A stretch of DNA of 64,000 nt from NCBI GenBank assembly GCA_016176405.1, contig JACOXG010000010.1, positions 33,078 to 97,077 of the forward strand, read 5' to 3'. How positions within the stretch are numbered: the first letter of the stretch is position 1; each line of letters begins with the position of its first letter. A program made the position numbers and the translations under genes. Of this stretch, positions 9,664 through 19,479 are shown piece after piece. The stretch is from Candidatus Daviesbacteria bacterium (GTDB lineage: Bacteria; Patescibacteriota; Microgenomatia; Daviesbacterales; UBA10151). The notes under the pieces are model-generated. The model saw only the letters and a list, made by a program, of their open reading frames with translations, was not told the DNA's origin and did not search any database.

Positions 9664-10815
9664 ATGACTAGAATATTTATAACTTCAAAAGAATCAACAC
9701 AGGCCCCGACTTTAGAGTCAGAAAATATTAAGCCAGTGATGATTGATATTTTTTCTCATAGACTGACGTCGTATAATGCATTTAATATGCAAAGAGCTCT
9801 TGCTATTGAAGATTTAGTGCGTAAATATAATAAATCTATTCATACAACAGAAGTTGTTTTGAGTCCTACTAATGAGATTAAATTTAATGATATTAATATA
9901 GTGAAACATGGGGCGGCAATTTATGCAGAGGATTTGCAGGGGTCGTCTATGATAAATTGCTTAATTTTTAAGAACCTAGAAGTTATTTCTATTAGTTTTG
10001 ATATATATAGATTAACTAGCGCCGTTCGCTCAATAAGCATTACACATGTTGGAAAAAGAGATGAATGTCTTAAGTCTATTTTAGAATATTTTAATAGTTT
10101 AGGGTTTTCTACTGATTCTGGAAAAGATAATAAGACCACTGTCATATATGGATTTCCTGGGGAAAGAGGTCCCAGAACAGTGGCCAGGGATTTTATTAAA
10201 TTACCATTTAAAGATATTAGAAAAAACTATTCAATGGAGACTCAAAGTAAGATTGGTGTCTTGATTGCTCAATTAGCTGATGCCGCTGTAAAAAGTGGGA
10301 TTGTTATTTTCAATGGGCCAGTTGGCACTGGGAAAAGCTATTTAATCAGATCATTATTGTCAGATTTATCAAGTCGTCAAAGCATTGTTTTGTCTCCCCC
10401 CGAATATTTTCTAAATGATATTGGAATGATGCAATCAGTAATAGCTGAGTACCCCAAGTCATTTGTAATTTTGGAAGACTTGGGAGAAATGTTAGCTATT
10501 GATGGCAGCGCTAGAAGTGCTAGTATTACATCAAATTTATTGAACGCCACCTCAGGTCTCCTATCTTTACTGTCAGATACAATTTTTATTCTTACTTTCA
10601 ATCATGACATAGGAAAGCTTAATCCTGCATTTTTGAGACCTGGGAGGTGTTTGGGAAAAATTGAAATTGGAAATTTGTCACTTGATTATGCTCAAACTTT
10701 GACTAAAGTAAAGTTAGTTAGACAATCTTATTCTTTAGCTGAAATATATGAAATTAATCGTACAGGAAAGGATATTGAAAATTTTTCTGATAAGGCTTTA
10801 GGACTTAAAAGATGA
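9664..10815 (+). CDS. P-loop/AAA-like ATPase
   Basis: Walker A 'NGPVGTGKSY' and Walker B 'FVILEDLGE'. Confidence 0.5.
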   Translation: MTRIFITSKESTQAPTLESENIKPVMIDIFSHRLTSYNAFNMQRALAIEDLVRKYNKSIHTTEVVLSPTNEIKFNDINIVKHGAAIYAEDLQGSSMINCLIFKNLEVISISFDIYRLTSAVRSISITHVGKRDECLKSILEYFNSLGFSTDSGKDNKTTVIYGFPGERGPRTVARDFIKLPFKDIRKNYSMETQSKIGVLIAQLADAAVKSGIVIFNGPVGTGKSYLIRSLLSDLSSRQSIVLSPPEYFLNDIGMMQSVIAEYPKSFVILEDLGEMLAIDGSARSASITSNLLNATSGLLSLLSDTIFILTFNHDIGKLNPAFLRPGRCLGKIEIGNLSLDYAQTLTKVKLVRQSYSLAEIYEINRTGKDIENFSDKALGLKR

Positions 10816-11243
10816 AAACATGGTATTTATCATATAATAATAAAGACGAGTTTGAAATTAATATTGGGACAAAAAGTTTAATCTTGACATTTTTATCTGA
10901 TATAATAGATTTTATAAATCATAATGTTTTAAAGTATGTCCCGATGGTGCCATTTCCAATTATTCATTGGGGAAATTGGATTTGTGAAAACAAAAGGATA
11001 CATTTTCACATGTCATATAATTGGTATGGATGGAGCATTGGAGATATATTGTGTATGACTTTAGAAGGCTATTTGTTTAATAAGTCATTGGACAATGAGA
11101 GACAGATACTTAGTTTTAGTGTATCAGAGGAAGACTTAGCTAAATTTTATGGGAGAGATGCTGATTTTATTCAGGAGTGCAAAGAAAATGATAGAAACTA
11201 TGTCCCCAACAAGTTTGGAAGTGCAAAAGAAAATAACAAATAG
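10812..11243 (+). CDS. hypothetical protein
   Basis: ORF only. Confidence 0.3.
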   Translation: MKTWYLSYNNKDEFEINIGTKSLILTFLSDIIDFINHNVLKYVPMVPFPIIHWGNWICENKRIHFHMSYNWYGWSIGDILCMTLEGYLFNKSLDNERQILSFSVSEEDLAKFYGRDADFIQECKENDRNYVPNKFGSAKENNK

Positions 11244-11414
11244 TTGTGTAGTGCCTGAGTGCACCAGCAGACAAAGCAGGTCGAACAATAAAGTAGGATT
11301 ATGTTTTAGGCACGCAGAATGGTTATACTTTTTGCTATGGGCTTTACCTAGAATTACATTAGAAAAACAAGCAGAATCAGGTTTGTGGACTCCTGAGAAG
11401 AAAGGATAGGAAAT

Positions 11415-12902
11415 ATGTATCAAGTCATCGGGAAAAATTATATAAATGGTCAATGGGTGGAGCTCAAGAATCATTTTTATTCATTAAATCCGTCTAATAC
11501 AAATGAAGATATCGGGATTTTTCCTCAGTCTGTATATTCTGAAGTAGATTTAGCTGTTGAGGCTGCAAAAGATGCCTTTAGATCTTGGAAAAGTTTGTCT
11601 AGAATTAATAGGGCGGAGTATTTTAATGCATTTGTAAAAAATGTGGAGAAAAATTTTGATGAACTTGTGCATTTAATGTGTAGGGAAAGCGGAAAACAAA
11701 TAAATGAATGCAAAGCTGATGTAATTGAAGGGATTCATATGGCTCAATATAACTTTGGTAGAGCAAGGATGCCATATGGAGAAGTAATGGCATCAGAAAT
11801 TGCTAGTAAGGATGCATTTATGTTGCGAAAACCAAAAGGGGTAATCGCAGCAATAACTCCTTGGAATTTTCCGTTTGCTATTCCTTTATGGTTAATTATT
11901 CCATCTTTGCTAGAAGGAAACACTGTTGTATTCAAACCGTCAGAAGACACTCCTGCTGTAGGAGAATTTTTAGTTAAAATGTTTGATGAAGTTAGTTTAC
12001 CCCCAGGAGTATTAAATCTAGTTCAGGGAGATGGGGGGACTGGATGGGATTTAGTTACAAATACTGATATTAAGGTAGTGTTATTTACTGGCTCCTATGC
12101 TGTTGGGTCTAAAATTAGGAAAGAATGTGCTGGTTCTATAGACAAAATGGCAGTGTGCGAGATGGGCGGGAAAAACGCTATTATTGTGTTGGAAGATGCA
12201 GATTTGGATTTAGCAGTAAATGCATGCATTTTAAGTGCCTTCAAAACTGCTGGTCAAAGATGTGTATCTGCTTCCAGATTGATAGTTCATAGGTCTATTT
12301 TGAAAGAATTTGAGGATAAATTTGTAAATAAGGCTAAAAATTTAATAGTTGGGGATCCTCTTGATTCAAGCACCTTTATGGGGCCAGTAATAAATCTAGA
12401 GGCTATTAATAAAATTTTGTCTTATAATGATATGGCTCGGAAAGAGGGTGTTGAAATATTATTAAATGGTTCCAGACTTGTAGAAGGGAAATATTGGGAT
12501 GGGTATTTCATGTCTCCATTTGTATATGAAACGGAAAATAGATTTTCTAAAGTCTTGAAGGAAGAGGTGTTTGGGCCTCATGTGGCTATTATCCCATTTG
12601 ATACATTAGAAGATGCAGTCAGTCTATATAATAGTACTGATTATGGTTTTGCATTAGCTGTAATATCTAATGATTATCGTAAGATTAAATATTTACAGCA
12701 GAATTGTGATTTTGGAGTGGGATATGTAAATCTTCCCAGCATAGGCGCAGAAGTTCATTTGCCATTTGGTGGTACAAAGAAGAGTGGTTCTGGGATGCCT
12801 TCAGCCTCTGCTTTAATTGATGCTGTAACACACAGAGTAGCCTGGACTGTTAACTATGCAGATGAAATTCAATTAGCCCAAGGATTAAATGCAAAGGTAT
12901 GA
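11415..12902 (+). CDS. NAD(P)-dependent aldehyde dehydrogenase
   Basis: ALDH Glu motif 'EMGGKNAII', Cys motif 'GQRCVSASR', NAD-binding 'FTGS..VG'. 495 aa. Confidence 0.85.
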   Translation: MYQVIGKNYINGQWVELKNHFYSLNPSNTNEDIGIFPQSVYSEVDLAVEAAKDAFRSWKSLSRINRAEYFNAFVKNVEKNFDELVHLMCRESGKQINECKADVIEGIHMAQYNFGRARMPYGEVMASEIASKDAFMLRKPKGVIAAITPWNFPFAIPLWLIIPSLLEGNTVVFKPSEDTPAVGEFLVKMFDEVSLPPGVLNLVQGDGGTGWDLVTNTDIKVVLFTGSYAVGSKIRKECAGSIDKMAVCEMGGKNAIIVLEDADLDLAVNACILSAFKTAGQRCVSASRLIVHRSILKEFEDKFVNKAKNLIVGDPLDSSTFMGPVINLEAINKILSYNDMARKEGVEILLNGSRLVEGKYWDGYFMSPFVYETENRFSKVLKEEVFGPHVAIIPFDTLEDAVSLYNSTDYGFALAVISNDYRKIKYLQQNCDFGVGYVNLPSIGAEVHLPFGGTKKSGSGMPSASALIDAVTHRVAWTVNYADEIQLAQGLNAKV

Positions 12903-12945
12903 AATGGATTTGTAGTAGTAGATTTATAGAACCGGAAGTATTTTA

Positions 12946-13182
12946 ATGATATGGCAAGATATTGTAATAATGATTGGCCAAGTCTTATTTTCAATTTCGT
13001 TAATTCCAATTTTGCGGGCTAAAACTAAGCCTCCAAAGTTTACGTGTTTTTTAACAGCCAGTATTTTAGGCAGTTTCTTTATAACATTTGGGACATTGTC
13101 TTTATGGATGTCAATGTTTTCATGTCTCCTAAATGGAACTTTATGGTGTTGGATAGGATTACAGAAAGGCATAAGAATATGA
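12946..13182 (+). CDS. small hydrophobic membrane protein
   Basis: Two to three predicted TM helices. Overlaps the next gene by ATGA. Confidence 0.35.
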   Translation: MIWQDIVIMIGQVLFSISLIPILRAKTKPPKFTCFLTASILGSFFITFGTLSLWMSMFSCLLNGTLWCWIGLQKGIRI

Positions 13183-13736
13183 ATATAGCTATAGATATTG
13201 AAGGGACTGTTGCTGATGTGCACGAAGCATTTTTACAATGGTTTAATACTAAGTATGACACTAATTTTACGATTAAAGATATTGACAATTGGAATATAGC
13301 AAAGACAAAATTAGGAATAACAACATCAGAGTTTATTGAATCTCTTAGAAAGCTATGGAAACAACAATGCACTATGACTTTGACAGATAGTAATATCCCA
13401 AAGATAATTGATAGGTTAATAGATTCAGGGCATAGAATTTATTTTGTGACTGCTCATTATGAGGTCGCGCCACAAATTATTGATTGGATTAATAAGAATA
13501 GACTAAAACATTCGGGCTTCATGGCTGTAAAGAATACAGAAGTAAAGAAGATTCTTTCATTTGATTTATTTATTGATGATTGCCCATTATTAGTGGAATC
13601 TTTAGGGCACCGACTTTTTTTATATAATAGACCATATAATACAAATACAAAAGCTATTAATCGTTTTACTGATTTTTCAGAATTAACTAATCGAATAAAC
13701 ATGTGGCCAAGGAGGGGAGAGAATGAAAGCTTGTAA
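13179..13736 (+). CDS. HAD-family 5'(3')-deoxyribonucleotidase (NT5C-like)
   Basis: 'IAIDIEGTVADV' (DxDxT/V..D motif I) and 'LFIDDCP'. Start taken at the internal ATG at 13179. Confidence 0.55.
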   Translation: MNIAIDIEGTVADVHEAFLQWFNTKYDTNFTIKDIDNWNIAKTKLGITTSEFIESLRKLWKQQCTMTLTDSNIPKIIDRLIDSGHRIYFVTAHYEVAPQIIDWINKNRLKHSGFMAVKNTEVKKILSFDLFIDDCPLLVESLGHRLFLYNRPYNTNTKAINRFTDFSELTNRINMWPRRGENESL

Positions 13737-14118
13737 GACTGAGATAAATATTAGCTGTGAGTGCTCAGGAGATAGTTGTTCATTGAAGGCATTGGAATCC
13801 TATCGAAAATTCATTTGGTGTGATGCTGTAGATTGTGTTTGGAATATGAATCCCTTACCCTTTAAGAAATATGTTCAAGTTAATGATAATTTTAAGTCCT
13901 TGCCTAATGATAATGTCAAGGGATTATGCACCAGGCAAGAAATTAGATTAACAGCTAGAGAAGTTGAGACATTGCGTGTTAAACATAAATTAGCAGGTTG
14001 TGCAGTTCGAAGTGATAAAAGAATAACAGGTCATATGGATTGGGGAAAGTTTCCTGAAGGGGGGAACATCCCAGATCCAGTTGATCCTGCTATTGGTGGT
14101 TCTGAGTTATTAGGATAG
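13723..14118 (+). CDS. hypothetical protein
   Basis: ORF only. Confidence 0.3.
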   Translation: MKACKTEINISCECSGDSCSLKALESYRKFIWCDAVDCVWNMNPLPFKKYVQVNDNFKSLPNDNVKGLCTRQEIRLTAREVETLRVKHKLAGCAVRSDKRITGHMDWGKFPEGGNIPDPVDPAIGGSELLG

Positions 14119-14119
14119 T

Positions 14120-14632
14120 ATGTCTGACGATTACACAGAAGATCAAAGAAAATTCGCTTTAGATTTATACCTAGACGGCATGACAGCCGTGAAAATTGCT
14201 CGTAGGTTTTCTAGTGAGTATAATTCTTTGATTAGGGCATCAACAATTACTCAATGGATCAATAAATATGAATGGAAGAATATTAGAGCAGAATTGCGTA
14301 ATCAAGCTATTGCAGAAATAATGCAAAGAAACAAAAGCTCTCTTATTAAGACTTCTGAAGAGCATGCTAAGACATACCGAAAATTGTGGAAAAAGGGGGA
14401 GGAAGCCCTAGAAAGAGAAAAAAGTCCTGCTAAAATTCTTGACCCAAGCGATGCTATAAAAGCAATAGATGCGGGAATACAGGGAGAGAGGAAAGTAATT
14501 TTAGGCATTGTTAATATGAAATTTGTTCAGGATGTCTTAGGGGTAATTGTAGAAGAAGTTAACGATCAAACTGTATTAAACAAAATAGCTATTAGGCTGA
14601 AAAAACTAGCTTCAGAAATGATGGAAGGTTAA
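14120..14632 (+). CDS. putative terminase small subunit (HTH protein)
   Basis: Immediately upstream of the large terminase. N-terminal HTH-like 'LDGMTAVKIARRF'. Confidence 0.4.
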   Translation: MSDDYTEDQRKFALDLYLDGMTAVKIARRFSSEYNSLIRASTITQWINKYEWKNIRAELRNQAIAEIMQRNKSSLIKTSEEHAKTYRKLWKKGEEALEREKSPAKILDPSDAIKAIDAGIQGERKVILGIVNMKFVQDVLGVIVEEVNDQTVLNKIAIRLKKLASEMMEG

Positions 14633-14637
14633 AGAAA

Positions 14638-14853
14638 GTGAGAGTCACTGATTTGGATTTAGAACAATTTATTGCACAGTGCAAGTCTTGTAAGGATACT
14701 TTTGTAATTGATTATGTTAAGAGATATAAATATTTTGAAAGTCAATTAGCTTTTACAGTAAGAGATGGTCAATTTAGACATAGATGTGGTGGATTGATTA
14801 GGATTTTTACAAGTGTCCCAATCTCTTTTGACATACAAACAAGCACTAACTAA
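14638..14853 (+). CDS. hypothetical protein
   Basis: ORF only. Confidence 0.25.
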   Translation: MRVTDLDLEQFIAQCKSCKDTFVIDYVKRYKYFESQLAFTVRDGQFRHRCGGLIRIFTSVPISFDIQTSTN

Positions 14854-16438
14854 TCTAGCTGATAGTTTATTAACTAGAGACGAAAAGTCCATCAAAATAG
14901 GTGGATTTTATGAATTTGTAAGGGATATTTGGTCTAAAAGTTATGAGCATCCTGAGCGTTTCAAGATGTTCCACATCGAAGTAATATGCCATGATGTAGA
15001 AGAAGCATTAGCTACTGGTAAAAATTATGTTTGTGTTCTTCCTCGAGGGTTTTTAAAGTCAACGGTGCCTGGATATGCTTTTTGTATTTGGCGTTTATTG
15101 AAAATGGGAAATTCAGACAGTACAATTCTTTATACATCATTTTCAGATGGGATGAGTCAATACCATATATCTGAAATGAAGAAACATATAAGGCGTAATC
15201 CAATTCTTTCTGAATGGATGATAGACAGGAGTCCAAATGCTGACTTTTCATTTAGATATTCTGTAAATGGATTCCAAAAGAATATTTTACATGGTGGGGT
15301 TTTGTCATTCAAAAGAGGGACCCACGTAGATGGGGCAGTGGTGGCGGATGATCTCTTACAGGACCCAGATAATCCAGCCAGGCCTACAGAGATATTAAAG
15401 GTTGAAGAATTTTTCTTTTCAGAGACAATGTATATTCCTAATCCAGGAGTGCCAGTCTTTGTATTAGGGACTCCCTTATTACCGGACGATCTATTATCAA
15501 AGCTTAAAAAAGATGATCGTTTTTTGTATCGTTTTATGCCGGCCTTAGACCCAATTCCAGGAAGAAGAGTTTTAGCCCCAGAAATTAGAGATGAAGCCCA
15601 GTTGTTAAGAGAAAAAGCTGCAAGACCTCACGCTTTTGCAGCAGAAATGATGCTATCTCCTATGTCTTCTGTGAAGGGATATTTTACTGATACTGATATT
15701 AGTAGATGTGAAAATAAAGATTTAGCATCATTTGATCCATACAAAGAATGGGATTTTAACAGTGAGTTTACAGTTGCTGGGTTTGATGTGGGAAAAAAGA
15801 GGCACCCCTCTCATCTAGCTGTTTATGCAAGTAAAGGAGGTGTACTGAAACAAGTTCATCAAGTATTTCTAGATGGATGGGATTATAATATTCAAAAAGA
15901 ATATTTAAATACAGTAGCCAAAAATTTTGCTCTTGATGTAGGATACTATGACAGCACCAGAGGAGAATTAGACGATAGGGGGCTAGATTCTAGGTGGAAG
16001 TCATTAAATTTTACCTTGAAAGACAAGAGAAAAATGGCCCAGGTGTTTGAAGAATTTGTTCAATCAGGAAATTTATCTCTTATTGTTGATGAACGTCAAA
16101 AATCGCAAATATTGGCAGTGGATAATGACTTAGATGCAGCAGAGAGTCCGCTCGGGCATGGAGATTCATTTTGGTCTAATGCTTTAGCATTATTAGCATA
16201 CAAAGACAAGACAACAGTTGGGACGCAAGATGTTGGAAATGTTCAGGATATATTTGGAAACGATAAGACTAAAGAAAATATTAATTTTAAAGAATTTGTG
16301 CAACCAATAAATTTAGGCACAGGATGCCCTAATTGTAAAGAATTTGTAGGCTGGATAGAAGAAAGAAAATTATGCTTGATTTGCCAGCATAGATGTAATG
16401 ATAATTGTATTCATACTGGAGAGAAAAATGGGGGCTAA
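14813..16438 (+). CDS. terminase large subunit
   Basis: ATPase Walker A-like 'VLPRGFLKST' and Walker B 'VVADDLLQD'. C-terminal RNaseH-like nuclease 'GFDVGKKRHPSHLAVY'. Confidence 0.8.
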   Translation: MSQSLLTYKQALTNLADSLLTRDEKSIKIGGFYEFVRDIWSKSYEHPERFKMFHIEVICHDVEEALATGKNYVCVLPRGFLKSTVPGYAFCIWRLLKMGNSDSTILYTSFSDGMSQYHISEMKKHIRRNPILSEWMIDRSPNADFSFRYSVNGFQKNILHGGVLSFKRGTHVDGAVVADDLLQDPDNPARPTEILKVEEFFFSETMYIPNPGVPVFVLGTPLLPDDLLSKLKKDDRFLYRFMPALDPIPGRRVLAPEIRDEAQLLREKAARPHAFAAEMMLSPMSSVKGYFTDTDISRCENKDLASFDPYKEWDFNSEFTVAGFDVGKKRHPSHLAVYASKGGVLKQVHQVFLDGWDYNIQKEYLNTVAKNFALDVGYYDSTRGELDDRGLDSRWKSLNFTLKDKRKMAQVFEEFVQSGNLSLIVDERQKSQILAVDNDLDAAESPLGHGDSFWSNALALLAYKDKTTVGTQDVGNVQDIFGNDKTKENINFKEFVQPINLGTGCPNCKEFVGWIEERKLCLICQHRCNDNCIHTGEKNGG

Positions 16439-18671
16439 TTTAACACCACAAGCAAAATATATTTTAGAGCAAAGATATTTAAGACGAGATGAGAATGGAG
16501 ACATTATTGAAACTCCAGAACAATTGTTTGAACGAGTGGCAAGGGCAGTCTCTAATGGAGAGCCAATAGAGAGTGACAGACAAATATATTTTCAAAGATT
16601 TTATGACTTAATGACTTCATTGAAATTTTTGCCTAATTCTCCTACATTGGTAAATGCTGGAGTAGAAGGAAAAGGTTGCCTAAGCGCATGTTTTGTTTGC
16701 TCCCCCGAAGAAGACACGATGGAGTCAATTTTACAAACACAGAAAGATTGGGGGATGATAGAGAAATGGGGTGGCGGAGTAGGAATAGGCTTAAGCATTA
16801 TTAGGCCAAAAGGTGACAGAATCAGTACCACTCACGGAAAGGCATTAGGGCCAGTAGCAATAATGCATATGTTGTCTACAAATGCAAAGCATATAACACA
16901 GGGCAGCTTTCGTCTCGGGGCCCATATGGCTCAATTAGCTGTTTCTCACAATGATATTTTTGAGTTTATCCACTGTAAAGACAAAGATGATACATTAGAG
17001 AATTTCAATATTAGTGTACAGATAACTGATGAGTTTATGCAGGCCTTAGAAAAAGGGGAGGACTGGCATTTAGTGAATTCTAAAAACAATGAAGTAATGC
17101 AGACAATTCCAGCCAAACAATTATGGCAGGAAATATGCGGGTCTGCTTGGAAAACAGGAGATCCAGGAGTAGTATTCATAGACCGGGTATGGGAAACAGC
17201 CCCAAATCCACAATTAGGGGGGATTCAGACGAGCAATCCCTGCGGGGAGGAATTTCTTGAAAATTACTCAAATTGTTGTCTCGGTTCCATAGATTTAAGT
17301 AAATTTGTTATTGAGGGAAAGTTTGACTTTGAGGATTTTGATAGAGTAGTTTATTTAGCAATTAGATTTTTAAATGATGTAATTGAAGTTAATACATTCC
17401 CAATTCCCCATTTACGTGAAATGAACTTGAAGACTAGGCGTATTGGTTTGGGAGTAATGGGGTTTGCCGATGCATTGATAAAATTAGGGCTGCCATATGA
17501 CAGCGAAGCTGCATTAGGAATGGCTAGATTGATAGGAAAAAAACTAAAAAATTCAGCATGGTTAGAATCTTTTAGATTGGCTGATGAAAGAGGGGCATAT
17601 TCTGAGTATAAAAATTCTAGCCTCAAGTATGAATTTAAAAATAAGCCAGTTAGAAATTCTAGTGTCATAACCATAGCTCCTACAGGCACGATTTCGAGAT
17701 TGGCTAATTGTTCCAGCGGCATAGAGCCGTGTTTTGATTTAGCTTATTGGTCTAATATTTTATGGACAGATCATGATGGGAAAAGCACTAAATTTCTTGA
17801 TGTCCCATCTAGTGTGAAAGACGTACTAGAACGAGATTGGGGGGCGGAGAAAGTTAATGAAATTTTAATAGCTATTGCTAATAATCCAGAGAAAACCCGA
17901 GCAATTCTGAAAGCATATTATGGAATTAATGCAGACATATTTAGAACAGCAATGGAAATATCTCCTGAATGGCATGTAAAAATGCAGGCGGCATGGCAGG
18001 AGAATGTAACAAATTCTGTATCCAAGACAATAAATCTTCCAGAAGATGCTACTGTAAATGATGTATCCGAGGCTTTTAAATTAGCTTGGGAATTGAAGTG
18101 CAAAGCTGTGACTGTATATAGGGACAAATCAAAGTCTATGCAAGTATTAAATAAGGCAGAAGGACTTAGTGAATTAGTAAAAGTTATAGACAATATAAAG
18201 CTAGTTGTCAAAGACAGGCCTGCGGTAATGACTGGAGTTACTGAAAAAGTAAAGACTGGGCACGGAAATGCTTATGTAACAATCAATTTTGAAGGTACAG
18301 ACCCATTTGAATTATTTACTACGTTGGGGAAAGCTGGGGGCTGTGACTCGGCAAATTTAGAAGCAATATCTAGATTAGTATCATTAGCTTTTAGATATGG
18401 AATTGATACAAAAGAAGTAATTGCACAGCTAAAAGGCATTACTTGCTGCCCAGTATGGAATGAAGGCACAATGATAAAATCAACGGCAGATGGAATAGCA
18501 TATGCAATATCTAAAAATGTATTAAAAGAGGATGAAATAAGTTATAATAATAAAATAGGTGGGTCTATAGAGAAAAATGGGCATTTAGTATGCATACAGT
18601 GTGGAGGAGAATTGATTCGTAAAGAAGGTTGCATTGTTTGTAAAGATTGCTCTTGGACTCGTTGTGAGTAA
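16428..18671 (+). CDS. nrdJ: ribonucleotide reductase, class II (adenosylcobalamin-dependent, NrdJ-like), with C-terminal zinc ribbon
   Basis: 'SNPCGEEF' active-site motif and 'CIQCGGE..CIVCKDC' ribbon. Start chosen at the ATG at 16428 preceded by GGAGAG. Confidence 0.85.
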   Translation: MGANLTPQAKYILEQRYLRRDENGDIIETPEQLFERVARAVSNGEPIESDRQIYFQRFYDLMTSLKFLPNSPTLVNAGVEGKGCLSACFVCSPEEDTMESILQTQKDWGMIEKWGGGVGIGLSIIRPKGDRISTTHGKALGPVAIMHMLSTNAKHITQGSFRLGAHMAQLAVSHNDIFEFIHCKDKDDTLENFNISVQITDEFMQALEKGEDWHLVNSKNNEVMQTIPAKQLWQEICGSAWKTGDPGVVFIDRVWETAPNPQLGGIQTSNPCGEEFLENYSNCCLGSIDLSKFVIEGKFDFEDFDRVVYLAIRFLNDVIEVNTFPIPHLREMNLKTRRIGLGVMGFADALIKLGLPYDSEAALGMARLIGKKLKNSAWLESFRLADERGAYSEYKNSSLKYEFKNKPVRNSSVITIAPTGTISRLANCSSGIEPCFDLAYWSNILWTDHDGKSTKFLDVPSSVKDVLERDWGAEKVNEILIAIANNPEKTRAILKAYYGINADIFRTAMEISPEWHVKMQAAWQENVTNSVSKTINLPEDATVNDVSEAFKLAWELKCKAVTVYRDKSKSMQVLNKAEGLSELVKVIDNIKLVVKDRPAVMTGVTEKVKTGHGNAYVTINFEGTDPFELFTTLGKAGGCDSANLEAISRLVSLAFRYGIDTKEVIAQLKGITCCPVWNEGTMIKSTADGIAYAISKNVLKEDEISYNNKIGGSIEKNGHLVCIQCGGELIRKEGCIVCKDCSWTRCE

Positions 18672-18682
18672 AAGGAGATGAA

Positions 18683-18949
18683 ATGGACGGATTACAAATA
18701 GGTAGAATAGTTCATTATGTATTATGGCCTCATGAAACAAATCATGGTTTTCCAGAACATAAGGCAGCTATAATAACTAATCTTTTTGGCAATGATGGTC
18801 TAGCTAATTTAACTGTTTTTATGGATTGGTCAAATGATAAAAAAGACTCTCCTGGAGATGCTATGAGTGGCCCATTATGTTGGGCAACTTCCAGACCATA
18901 TAGTGAAGAGCCAAAACCTGGAACTTGGCATTGGCCAGAGAAAGTGTAG
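18683..18949 (+). CDS. hypothetical protein
   Basis: ORF only. Confidence 0.3.
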   Translation: MDGLQIGRIVHYVLWPHETNHGFPEHKAAIITNLFGNDGLANLTVFMDWSNDKKDSPGDAMSGPLCWATSRPYSEEPKPGTWHWPEKV

Positions 18950-18958
18950 AGGAGATAT

Positions 18959-19465
18959 ATGCCAATAGGAGATAATTTAAGTCGGGTAGACCAGCAATAT
19001 ATAGCAAAAAAAGATGATAAGAATACTTGGCGTATTTTGAATTTGTGGCACCCAGAATTAAAGAATTTATCCTCTGGTGAAGATGATGTTCCAGACAATC
19101 ATCCTGCGGTAACTATATTGACAGAGGGGGCATTTTTGGCTCTAGTAAAATCAGCAGTACAGGAAGGGGTAATTCAAAATGCTGTAATGTCTGCTGAAGT
19201 GGCACATGATAATTGTGTTAAAGGGAAAGACCTTGATATATTGTATGATAAAATAGGTAGGGCTGAGGTTGAAATAAATTTTCTTACTAAAAGTGTAACA
19301 GAAAAATCTGCGGCTATTAAATTATTGGAGGATGAAAATTCATTATTAAAACAAGAAAAGCCTAGATCAGAAGCATTTGAGACTACAAAGTTAGTGGTAG
19401 ACTCTCTAGTACGATTAGCCGGGATGAGTAATTTAAAAGATAAGGATGAAAGGAATAAGACTTAA
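18959..19465 (+). CDS. hypothetical protein
   Basis: ORF only. Confidence 0.3.
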   Translation: MPIGDNLSRVDQQYIAKKDDKNTWRILNLWHPELKNLSSGEDDVPDNHPAVTILTEGAFLALVKSAVQEGVIQNAVMSAEVAHDNCVKGKDLDILYDKIGRAEVEINFLTKSVTEKSAAIKLLEDENSLLKQEKPRSEAFETTKLVVDSLVRLAGMSNLKDKDERNKT

Positions 19466-19479
19466 TATAGAGAAATAAT

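Noticed and set aside
11149-11409. 86-aa ORF overlapping the 3' end of 10812..11243
   Set aside because: It overlaps in an alternative frame with no independent support. Treated as doubtful, although a short Cys-containing product cannot be excluded.
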